Source: an uncultured cyanobacterium (GTDB taxonomy: Bacteria > Cyanobacteriota > Cyanobacteriia > Cyanobacteriales > Cyanobacteriaceae). From it: a stretch of 64,000 nucleotides of DNA. The notes under the pieces were generated by a model. The model worked only from the letters and a program-made list of their open reading frames with translations. It had not been told where the DNA came from and did not search any database. Positions 9,703 to 18,716 of this stretch are shown piece by piece; within the stretch, counting starts at the first letter, position 1; every line of letters starts with the position of its first letter. The stretch is taken from positions 64,001-128,000 of the forward strand of contig CAVVOP010000020.1 in the NCBI GenBank assembly GCA_963749915.1. Reading direction: 5' to 3'. The translations under genes and the position numbers were made by a program.

Positions 9703-11511
9703 ATGCTAATCCCTTTAGTTAGTACTTTTATTGCTATTATTATTAGCTTTATTGGTTGGTTAATTTATCAAGGTAAATTTACTCTTTTACCCCATAACTT
9801 ATCTTTAATTTTTAAACAAAATAAACTAATTTTACTAGGTCTAAATCTTCTCTCCTTTGGTTTATTATTAGGATTAGTTGGTTATAGTTTAAGTCTGGCA
9901 GGTAGTTTTCGTTATATTAGACTAATTTTCTTTGTTATCGGCTTTATTTGCATAAAAATATCTTTAGCTAAAAACTTAGATAAATTACCCGAATTACCTT
10001 CATTCATTAAAGCTGTTATAAATATCAATAGTACCCAAAGTCTACAAATATTTGCGGGAATTATTATCAGTTTTTTACTCCTAAAAAGTTTATTAGCCGT
10101 GGATTGGATTAGTGGTGATACCTGGATGTATCAACTACCTTTCGCCGCTCGTTTTTGGGGGTTAGTTTCACCAGAACAATATATATTTGAGGCTGAAAGG
10201 GAGCCTTTTTATAATACTTCTACGATGTTGCCGAATATTTTACAAGGTTTTTTCTGGTATTTATTCGGCATAAAACGTCCTCAAGGTGCCAATTTAGTTA
10301 GTTTTTTGAGTTTAATTGGTTATTTCGTTTTTATTAAACGTTATCTTAAAATCCCTTATTATTTATCGGTGATTGCTATTTTAGCCGTGCCGTTAATTCA
10401 CATTGCCACAACCAGTTGTTATGTAGATTTATTGACTAATGTTGGTTTTAGTATTGCCTTAATTATTACTTATTTATTATATCTAAAAGAAGATTTTATT
10501 AATTATAAAAATGTCTCTATATTTATTTTAGGAGGTTTTATTGCCGCTAACAGTAAATATTTATTGGTACCGCCTTTAGCCTTGATAATGTTGTTAGTTT
10601 TTATAAGAATTGTCTGGTTAATTTTTTACCGTTTTAATCCTGTTAAGAAGGTTAAAAATATTCTCAAATTACTCTTTACCATTATGGGGGTAAGTGTAGT
10701 AATCTTTATTACTGAATTTAAAAATTTAGTCTTGTATCAAAACCCTTTTTATCCGTTACAAGTAACTATTTTTGGTCATGAATTAAATCATACTATCGTG
10801 CCTAGTGGTGATTATATGTCAGCGAAGATTCGGGCAATGTGGCCCATACAAAGATGGATTTTCTCTCTATTAGAAATAGGTGCTTTTGACGAAAGAAGGC
10901 CTTGGCGTTGGACAATAGCAATGGATTATGTACCCTTAGATGCAGATAGTTTTGGTATGGGGGGATATTTTGGTATTTATGTTATTTTTAATGTGCTTTT
11001 ATTTGCCTATTTATGTAAGAAAAACAATCCAGAAACAAGAGTTGCTTTAGGTTTAGTAATTATCATGACCATAGTGACTCCTTTTCTTCCATTTTCTTAT
11101 CAATTAAGATACTATATGTATTGGATAATGGTTTTGATAACCCTTAATTTATATTTACTTTTACAACATTATAATTTAACTAAAAATTTATGGTTACAAC
11201 CACAAAATTATGCTTATGTCGGCATAACAATTATGATGATTTTTATGATTTCAACCCGTTGGGATTATACTTATCCTAACGCTATGTCTTTAGATAAATT
11301 TATGAATAGTGATAATCGTGTGGACGAAAAAGTTATTACTGATTTAGTAGAGAAAAAAAATGTTTGTTTAGTCGGTTTTACACCCCTCACTTTTTTATAT
11401 AATTCTCAGTTTCATGAAGGTAAAAATTACTTAGTTAAAGCGGAATTTAATTTGAGTGAAGAAGAAGTTAAAGAAAAATGCGGCCATCGACTTATAATTT
11501 ATAAACAGTAA
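9703..11511 (+). CDS. Polytopic membrane protein, probable GT-C-fold glycosyltransferase
   Basis: Many TM helices; GDTWMYQLP loop, YVD, K after a TM, QNPFYP, LRY motifs recall GT-C/PMT-like proteins (inference). Confidence 0.6.
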   Translation: MLIPLVSTFIAIIISFIGWLIYQGKFTLLPHNLSLIFKQNKLILLGLNLLSFGLLLGLVGYSLSLAGSFRYIRLIFFVIGFICIKISLAKNLDKLPELPSFIKAVININSTQSLQIFAGIIISFLLLKSLLAVDWISGDTWMYQLPFAARFWGLVSPEQYIFEAEREPFYNTSTMLPNILQGFFWYLFGIKRPQGANLVSFLSLIGYFVFIKRYLKIPYYLSVIAILAVPLIHIATTSCYVDLLTNVGFSIALIITYLLYLKEDFINYKNVSIFILGGFIAANSKYLLVPPLALIMLLVFIRIVWLIFYRFNPVKKVKNILKLLFTIMGVSVVIFITEFKNLVLYQNPFYPLQVTIFGHELNHTIVPSGDYMSAKIRAMWPIQRWIFSLLEIGAFDERRPWRWTIAMDYVPLDADSFGMGGYFGIYVIFNVLLFAYLCKKNNPETRVALGLVIIMTIVTPFLPFSYQLRYYMYWIMVLITLNLYLLLQHYNLTKNLWLQPQNYAYVGITIMMIFMISTRWDYTYPNAMSLDKFMNSDNRVDEKVITDLVEKKNVCLVGFTPLTFLYNSQFHEGKNYLVKAEFNLSEEEVKEKCGHRLIIYKQ

Positions 11512-11609
11512 ACTAAGGCTAATAAATAATGGATAATTAGTAATTAGAAATAAGCAATTAATTCTCATCATCAACTGTCAACTATCAATTATCAACAACC
11601 AACTAAATA

Positions 11610-12737
11610 ATGAATTCCCTCGAATTATCAATTATTATGCCCTGTTTGAATGAGGCAGAAACCCTCGCTACTTGTATTGAAAAAGCACAAAGATATTTAC
11701 AAGAATATCAGATAACAGGAGAAGTACTTATTGCAGATAATGGTAGTAATGATGGTTCCCAAGAAATCGCCACTAACATGGGTGCAATATTGGTTAACGT
11801 AAAAGAAAAAGGTTACGGTAGTGCAATTATGGGGGGAATTTTGGCGGCGAAGGGTGAGTTTATTATTATGGCTGATGCTGATGATAGTTACGATTTTACT
11901 AAACTTCATCCTTTTATGGAAAAATTGCGAGGGGGTTATGATTTAGTCATGGGAAATCGTTTTAAAGGAGGCATTAAACCTCATGCGATGCCTTTTTTGC
12001 ACAGGTATTTAGGCAATCCCGTATTAACATGGTCAGGAAAACTTTTTTTTCGCAGTCCATGTAATGATTTTCACTGTGGTTTAAGGGGGTTCCGTAAACA
12101 AGCGATATTGAGTTTAAATTTGCGCACTACCGGTATGGAATTTGCGTCGGAAATGGTAGTCAAATCTACCTTAAACGGACTAAAAATAACGGAAGTCCCT
12201 ACCACTTTATACCCCGATGGCCGCTCTCGTAAACCCCATTTGCGCACCTGGCGTGACGGTTGGCGACATTTACGGTTTTTATTATTATATAGCCCCCGTT
12301 GGTTGTTTCTTTATCCCGGATTTTTTCTCATGATTATGGGCTTGATTACTACCATAATTTTATTATACAGTCCCCGAGTCCACAGTTTATTATATTCGGC
12401 CACGGCGATTATTATTGGATTTCAGTTAGTTAATTTTGCCATTTTTACCAAAGTTTATGCTATGCAAGAAGGGTTATTACCACAAGACAAAAAGTTATTA
12501 AAATTCATTGATTTCTTTACTTTAGAACAGGGATTGATTCTGGGTACAATCTTATTTTTACTTGGCGGCTTTACTTCAATTTTAGCTTTGTTTCAGTGGG
12601 AATCTGCCGGTTTTGGGTCATTAAATCCTGTACTTACTATGCGTTTAGTTATTCCTTCAGTAACAGCCATAGCCCTAGGACTACAAATTATTTTTGCTAG
12701 TTTTTTCTTGAGTATTTTCCAATTAAAAACAAAATAG
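11610..12737 (+). CDS. GT2 glycosyltransferase, polyprenyl-phosphate sugar synthase (DPM/GtrB-like) with C-terminal TMs
   Basis: IIMPCLNEA, ADNGSND, DADDSYD, GNRFKG, HLRTWRDGWRHL. Confidence 0.9.
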   Translation: MNSLELSIIMPCLNEAETLATCIEKAQRYLQEYQITGEVLIADNGSNDGSQEIATNMGAILVNVKEKGYGSAIMGGILAAKGEFIIMADADDSYDFTKLHPFMEKLRGGYDLVMGNRFKGGIKPHAMPFLHRYLGNPVLTWSGKLFFRSPCNDFHCGLRGFRKQAILSLNLRTTGMEFASEMVVKSTLNGLKITEVPTTLYPDGRSRKPHLRTWRDGWRHLRFLLLYSPRWLFLYPGFFLMIMGLITTIILLYSPRVHSLLYSATAIIIGFQLVNFAIFTKVYAMQEGLLPQDKKLLKFIDFFTLEQGLILGTILFLLGGFTSILALFQWESAGFGSLNPVLTMRLVIPSVTAIALGLQIIFASFFLSIFQLKTK

Positions 12738-12833
12738 TTAACCCTTCTGATTTTTTTCTTTCTTGACTTTCTACTTTTGTGGCCAATTTGTTCAAAAAAC
12801 TCTTACCCATAGCCTTGAAGAAGATTAAATTTT

Positions 12834-13658
12834 ATGTTTTCAATTAATCGTCCAAAAATCCCTCGTTACTTTAGCCCAAAACCTACAAAATTAAAGGGTT
12901 TTACTCTCTTAGCCTTCAGCACTTTTATCTTCAGTATTTTAATGGCAGTTTTTGCTTTTTCGACTTTTATTCTCGGTATGTTTTTCGTTGCCAATCCTGC
13001 TTTAGCACAAAATAGCACAGGAAGTGCTGTCAATCCTCAGGAATGGTTAGTCAATACTTTACATTGGATTGATAATTTAGGTAGTCTAGGGGCGATCACT
13101 TTTATCGTTGTTTATATAATTGCTACCGTAGCTTTTCTTCCGGGTTCAATTTTAACCTTAGGTGCAGGGGTAGTTTTTGGGGTGGTGTGGGGTTCAATTT
13201 ATGTATTTATTGGTGCGACCATTGGGGCTACAGGAGCATTTTTAGTGGGGAGATATATCGCTAGAGGATGGGTAGCTAGTAAAATTGAAGGAAACCATAA
13301 ATTTAAGGCAATAGATCAAGCAGTAGGCAAAGAAGGATTGAAAATAGTCCTTTTAACCCGTTTATCTCCTGTTTTCCCCTTTAATTTACTAAATTATGCC
13401 TATGGAGTAACTGGCGTTTCTCTGAAAGACTATGTTGTCGGTTCAGTGGGCATGATTCCGGGAACAATTATGTATGTTTATCTTGGCTCATTAGCCGGTA
13501 ATTTAGCCACTATTGGCACAGAAACTCCCCCAGCCAATCCCATAGCCCAATGGAGTATTCGTATTATTGGTTTTATAGCTACTGTTGCCGTGACTTTATT
13601 TGTGACAAAATTAGCCCGAAAAGCACTCAATGATGCTGTTTTAGAACCAATTGAATAG
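12834..13658 (+). CDS. TVP38/TMEM64 (DedA/VTT) family membrane protein
   Basis: FLPGSILTLGAG, RLSPVFPFNLLNY, GMIPGT. Confidence 0.92.
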   Translation: MFSINRPKIPRYFSPKPTKLKGFTLLAFSTFIFSILMAVFAFSTFILGMFFVANPALAQNSTGSAVNPQEWLVNTLHWIDNLGSLGAITFIVVYIIATVAFLPGSILTLGAGVVFGVVWGSIYVFIGATIGATGAFLVGRYIARGWVASKIEGNHKFKAIDQAVGKEGLKIVLLTRLSPVFPFNLLNYAYGVTGVSLKDYVVGSVGMIPGTIMYVYLGSLAGNLATIGTETPPANPIAQWSIRIIGFIATVAVTLFVTKLARKALNDAVLEPIE

Positions 13659-13689
13659 AAAATAATATCTTATCACTTACGTCAATATC

Positions 13690-15234
13690 ATGACTAAATC
13701 AAGAGCAAATTCGGTAAAAGTCCTCCCCCTAGATGAATATAATCAACAATTAATCTCTTATGTTCATCCTCTTGATTGGGTTAATCCCACTCCCCAAGAT
13801 AAATATGACTTAGTAGTAATCGGTGCCGGTACAGCGGGATTAGTAGTAGCGGCAGGTGCAGCCGGTTTAGGATTAGGCTTAAAAGTTGCTTTAGTAGAAA
13901 AGTATTTAATGGGGGGAGATTGTCTTAATTTTGGCTGTGTACCCTCTAAAGCCATTATTAGATCTGCTAAAGTTATTGGTGAAATTTTAAAAGCAGAAAA
14001 ACTGGGTATTAAAGTCACAGAAAAAGAAATAAATTTTCCCCTGATTATGGAAAGAATGCGTAAAATAAGAGCGAATATTAGTCAGCATGATTCGGCGGCA
14101 AGATTTAAAAATTTAGGCATAGATATATTTTTAGGACAGGCTCGTTTTTTAAGCACTAACGTAGTGGAAGTTACTGGACAAAAATTAGTCTATAAAAAAG
14201 CAGTTATCGCTACGGGGGCAAGGGCAGTTGAGCCGAAGATTGAAGGAATAAAAGAAACAGGTTTTCATACTAATGAAACTATTTTTTCTTTAACAAAATT
14301 ACCTTCCAGCTTAGCCGTAATTGGTGCCGGCCCTATTGGTTGCGAATTAGCTCAAACTTTCCAGCGTTTAGGCTCAAATGTTACCTTATTTCACAAGTAT
14401 GATCGTATTTTGAATAAAGAGGATATTGAGGCGGCAAAAATTATTGAAAATGCTTTTAAACAAGAGGGAATTAATCTTGTTTTTAGTGCTCAATTTTTAG
14501 GTGTAGAAAAGGCAGAACAAGGCAAAAAAATTGACTACAAATCAAATAATATTGAACAATCAATGATCGTGGAAGAAATTTTAATTGGGGCGGGAAGAAC
14601 TCCCAATATAGAAGGTTTAAATTTAGAAGCAGTGGGGGTTGAATATGACTCTCGTCAAGGAGTAAAAGTTAATGATTATTTGCAAACCACAAACCCCAAA
14701 ATATATGCCGCAGGAGATATTTGCTTGCCCTATAAATTTACTCACACAGCCGATGCTGCCGCTCGAATTGTCATTAAAAATGCTCTCTTTTCTCCTTTTG
14801 GTTTGGGCAAAGCCAAATTTAGCAATTTAGTAATCCCCTGGGTTACCTATACGGATCCCGAAATTGCTCATGTTGGCAAGTATGAACATCAGTTAGAAGA
14901 AGATGGCATTGAGTTTAATACGATTAAGATTTTAATGAGTAGTGTTGATAGGGCGATCACTGATGAAGAAACAGAAGGTTTTGTTAAAGTATACCATCAA
15001 AAAGGCTCAGATAAGATCTTGGGAGCAACGATCGTCGCATCTCATGCTGGAGAAATGATTTCGGAAATCACCTCAGGGATGGTAAACAACATCGGCTTAA
15101 ATAGTTTATCTAGTGTTATTCACTCCTATCCAACCCAAGCAGAAGCTATCAGAAAATCTGCTGACGCTTATCGTCGAACTCTTTTAACTCCCATATCCAA
15201 AAAAATATTGGGATTATTGACAAAATTATCTTGA
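13690..15234 (+). CDS. FAD-dependent pyridine nucleotide-disulfide oxidoreductase ('mercuric reductase-like')
   Basis: GAGTAG, GGDCLNFGCVPSK, GAGPIG, TYTDPE, HSYPTQAE. Confidence 0.92.
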   Translation: MTKSRANSVKVLPLDEYNQQLISYVHPLDWVNPTPQDKYDLVVIGAGTAGLVVAAGAAGLGLGLKVALVEKYLMGGDCLNFGCVPSKAIIRSAKVIGEILKAEKLGIKVTEKEINFPLIMERMRKIRANISQHDSAARFKNLGIDIFLGQARFLSTNVVEVTGQKLVYKKAVIATGARAVEPKIEGIKETGFHTNETIFSLTKLPSSLAVIGAGPIGCELAQTFQRLGSNVTLFHKYDRILNKEDIEAAKIIENAFKQEGINLVFSAQFLGVEKAEQGKKIDYKSNNIEQSMIVEEILIGAGRTPNIEGLNLEAVGVEYDSRQGVKVNDYLQTTNPKIYAAGDICLPYKFTHTADAAARIVIKNALFSPFGLGKAKFSNLVIPWVTYTDPEIAHVGKYEHQLEEDGIEFNTIKILMSSVDRAITDEETEGFVKVYHQKGSDKILGATIVASHAGEMISEITSGMVNNIGLNSLSSVIHSYPTQAEAIRKSADAYRRTLLTPISKKILGLLTKLS

Positions 15235-15356
15235 ACTTGCCCTGGTTCTAACGGATTTTGTGGGAAGTACAAATATAAAATTGCGTCATAGTTGGTCAAC
15301 AGGTTAAATATTAGGTTCTATTGACATTTGACAATAATGGGGAAGGGATGGGTAGT

Positions 15357-16517
15357 TCACGCACTTTCTTCATTGATTAAAAGAGTTTCTTGTTGATGAG
15401 TTTCTATGGCAACCCGAATTAATAACCCGGCTAAAATAAAACTACTCATAACCGAACTACCACCATAGCTTAAAAAAGGAAAAGGTAAACCCGTAGTCGG
15501 CAAAGATCCCGTATTCACCCCTATATTAAGTAAAGATTGTCCCACCAAAATCACCATTACTCCCACTGCCACTAAACGTTTAATGGGATGAGAACATTTT
15601 AATGTAATCAAAAAGGCAAGTGTTGCATAAGTAACCACCATTACAATTAAAATAAGACTGCCGACAAAGCCAAATTCCTCGGCGAAAACCGCAAAAATAA
15701 AGTCAGTGTATTGAAAAGGTAAATAAAATAATTTTTGTTGGGACATCCCGAAACCAACGCCGAATTTGCCACCAGAACCAATGGCTAGTAAACTTTGTAC
15801 TAACTGATAACCGTCACCCCTGGCATCTTCCCACGGATTTACAAATGAAACAATACGCTTCAACTGATAAGGATTAATCGCTACGCTCAAAGAAGCTGTA
15901 ATTGCACCCATCAACGCTGTGACCAATAACTGTATGTAAGGTAAACCAGCCGCTAAGGCCATTAACCATAAAGTCATACCACATAAAGCAGTCGTGCTTA
16001 AATTAGGTTGTTTTAAAATACAAGCTAAAGTAAAAGCGAAAATTCCTAACCATGCACCTTTTATTCCCCAAGGTTGCCTTTGCCAACTGCCAAAAATAGT
16101 TGCACCCTGTAAGACTAAAAACGGTTTGAGTAATTCTGACGGTTGAATTTGAATTGGTCCTAAAGCAATCCATCTTTCTGCACCATTTATATTTTGCCCT
16201 AAACCTGCTACCGTGCCAATAATTAAAAGTAAAATGAGGAGGTAAAACCAAGGGGAATATGTGAGAATTATTTTTAAAGATAATTCCGTGACGATTTTGA
16301 AGCAAATTAAGCCGATAATCATCCAAAATGCTTGACGTTTAAAATAAAACCAACCATCTCCGGCCCCATCTAATCCCACAGCATAAGAGGCGGAAAATAA
16401 GGCAATTAAACCAATTAATAACCACAAAAATGTTAACCAACGCAATAATCTCGCTTCCAGTGACCATTGATCTATATCTGGCTGATAGAATGGGATAACA
16501 TAACGGAAAATTTCCAT
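15357..16517 (-). CDS. ftsW: Cell division SEDS protein FtsW
   Basis: NGAERW, QPSELLK, QPNLST, LPFQYTDFIF, PTTGLPFPFLSYGGSS. Confidence 0.9.
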   Translation of the reverse strand: MEIFRYVIPFYQPDIDQWSLEARLLRWLTFLWLLIGLIALFSASYAVGLDGAGDGWFYFKRQAFWMIIGLICFKIVTELSLKIILTYSPWFYLLILLLIIGTVAGLGQNINGAERWIALGPIQIQPSELLKPFLVLQGATIFGSWQRQPWGIKGAWLGIFAFTLACILKQPNLSTTALCGMTLWLMALAAGLPYIQLLVTALMGAITASLSVAINPYQLKRIVSFVNPWEDARGDGYQLVQSLLAIGSGGKFGVGFGMSQQKLFYLPFQYTDFIFAVFAEEFGFVGSLILIVMVVTYATLAFLITLKCSHPIKRLVAVGVMVILVGQSLLNIGVNTGSLPTTGLPFPFLSYGGSSVMSSFILAGLLIRVAIETHQQETLLINEESA

Positions 16518-16570
16518 ATTGATCGAGGATATTATTGAAGTTGACTTTTCAGGATAACATATTCATACAA

Positions 16571-16680
16571 TTGACATTCTCCCATCAATAAATCAAAGAT
16601 GATAGTGGGGGATTCTAACTTCAACCACTCAACTTATCAGCTACACTCTCGCTCAACTGATAGACGTTGATGTGTCTATT
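16571..16680 (-). mobile_element. Orphan IS200/IS605-family right end (3' part of a TnpB omegaRNA-like scaffold)
   Basis: Minus strand: TCAACGTC-TATCAGTT..AGCTGATA-AGTTGA stems, then GAATCCCCCA..TGGGAGAATGTCAA palindrome ending in TCAA; no tnpA/tnpB nearby. Confidence 0.7.
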
Positions 16681-16694
16681 AATTTTACGTAATT

Positions 16695-17696
16695 TTATGG
16701 TGAATTTGGTTGATGGTCAATATTTTGCTGTTGAGTCATCCACTGCCCATAAATATTAGCAAGAGGATTGGCCGTTAAACCGTGGGCTAAAACACTTAAT
16801 ATTATTGTGATGGAAACGATTACGGCAATTTCTTGACTGTAAGGTAATTTTTCATCGAGAACAATGACTACAAAAACAATACTTGCTAGTCCCCTAGGCC
16901 CAAACCAGCCTACAAATAGTTTCGTCCACAGATCTAATTTCATCCCAAATACCACCAGAAAAACAGGAAGCATCCGAATTAGGGTCAAACTCAAAATTCC
17001 GTAAAGGAGACCTTGCCAAGTAAATTTACTAAATGCCAACCCCACAACAGATGATCCAAAGGCTATCCAAGTGATTAAAGATAGACTATCGCCTGTGGCT
17101 TCGGCGGCGATTAATAGTTCTTCTTTCTCTTTTTTGACAATGCTTCCAAAGACAAGTCCTCCCATAAAGCAAGAAATAAATCCACTTCCTCCAAACACTT
17201 GGGCGGTGGCAAAACAGCCTATTGCTAAGGCGATCGGTAATATCGGTTGCCAGTCTAAAGCAATCCAATTGCGCTCAATCGAGAATTTTCGTAATTGTGT
17301 ACCGATGACGGAAAAACTAGCCCCAACTAATACTCCAATGCCAATTTGTTCTAGGAATAGAGTTGTTAGTAAGTTCACAGTTCCATTATCCGAATTATTT
17401 CCGGTGGTGGTTGCCAGTAATGCAAATAAAAGTGGAACACAAATCCCATCGTTTAAACCACTCTCAATATTAAGATCTTCCCGAATATTGTCGGGAATTT
17501 GGGGATTTGTCACAACAGCTTTACCTAAGGCGGCATCGGTGGGGGCTAACATAACGGCTAGTAATCCCGCCTCTATGGTACTGAATTCTGGGAATAGAAG
17601 AAGACTGACCCCAAATCCTACTAAACGTCCGGCAATCAGCGCGTAAATAAATACAAAAACTGCAATAATTGCCCAATCTGTATAAGGTTGAAACAT
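16695..17696 (-). CDS. Cation:proton antiporter (CPA1/NhaP-like), apparently with an in-frame internal deletion
   Basis: LAPTDAALG, ESGLNDG, RMLPV, GWFGPRGLAS motifs; only one TM plus a few residues precede the TD helix region. Confidence 0.8.
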   Translation of the reverse strand: MFQPYTDWAIIAVFVFIYALIAGRLVGFGVSLLLFPEFSTIEAGLLAVMLAPTDAALGKAVVTNPQIPDNIREDLNIESGLNDGICVPLLFALLATTTGNNSDNGTVNLLTTLFLEQIGIGVLVGASFSVIGTQLRKFSIERNWIALDWQPILPIALAIGCFATAQVFGGSGFISCFMGGLVFGSIVKKEKEELLIAAEATGDSLSLITWIAFGSSVVGLAFSKFTWQGLLYGILSLTLIRMLPVFLVVFGMKLDLWTKLFVGWFGPRGLASIVFVVIVLDEKLPYSQEIAVIVSITIILSVLAHGLTANPLANIYGQWMTQQQNIDHQPNSP

Positions 17697-17799
17697 AATT
17701 CAAGGACTTTATTTATCAATATACATTAAGTAAATTTGTACTAATTAAATCATGGGCTAGGTTTAGCTGATTTATCATCCTTATTCAAGAAGAAAAACT

Positions 17800-18453
17800 T
17801 TATTCTTTTTTATATAAACTAACTAATGTTGCAATGGATGTGGCAAGAAAAATTTGTCCACATAATGCTTCTAAATTGCTTAACATCATGACAAACTTAT
17901 TTAGAGGAGTTATATCACCATAACCGACTGTGGTCAAAGTCACAAAACTAAAATAAAACAAGTTAAAATTTACGTCCATTGGGTTAGATTCAGGAAAACG
18001 AAAAGCATTTGTATCCATAAAATAGATTAATTTATAAATTATAAAATAAAGTAACCCTATCATAATATAAATGCAAATTCCTGCCCTTATTACTTCCTGA
18101 TTCACTTTAGTTTGTTTGGAAACTTTTCTATAAATAGCGATAATTGAAAGCACTAAAAATATACCATATAAAATGTAACTTAGTGTCTCTAATAATTCTG
18201 ATAAATAAATTTGTTTATAAATGCCTATTAGATCAGTTAAAAGAGATAATACAGCGATAAGATAAAATATTTTAATAAGTTTACTGGAAACATTTAAGGT
18301 ACGAATTGCCCCAATAGTTATTAAGAAAAAACTCAATGGAAATAGAAAATAAATAACCTTAAAATATCGTGATAAAGGAAATAATAAAAACATAGTTACT
18401 AAATATAGCAAAAGCTGAGTATATTTAATATTTTTAGTTGGAAAATTTTTCAT
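17800..18453 (-). CDS. Potassium channel family protein (Ion_trans_2)
   Basis: YFSFVTLTTVGYGDITP selectivity filter. Confidence 0.92.
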   Translation of the reverse strand: MKNFPTKNIKYTQLLLYLVTMFLLFPLSRYFKVIYFLFPLSFFLITIGAIRTLNVSSKLIKIFYLIAVLSLLTDLIGIYKQIYLSELLETLSYILYGIFLVLSIIAIYRKVSKQTKVNQEVIRAGICIYIMIGLLYFIIYKLIYFMDTNAFRFPESNPMDVNFNLFYFSFVTLTTVGYGDITPLNKFVMMLSNLEALCGQIFLATSIATLVSLYKKE

Positions 18454-18716
18454 TATTTTGATATAAATTTTGTAAACTTTTCACGATAGCATTTTCGCAA
18501 ATAGATTTAATTGATCAATGGGAAATGCCAGTGATCCAACGTAGTAAGGTATTACATAATTAATAGGCGGTTGCCCCTCAACAGATGCTTCTGGGAAAGG
18601 TGCAAGATCCCAGCTCCTGACTAGCGGCGATCGCCATTTTTTCCTTATTTTTAGCGAACCTCCTCGTCCTGGGTTATAATCGTGATTTGCACAGCAATCA
18701 TTTTATCTCTTTTTTT

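Noticed and set aside
13690..15234. Calling the gene merA
   Set aside because: No C-terminal Cys-Cys and no mer operon genes
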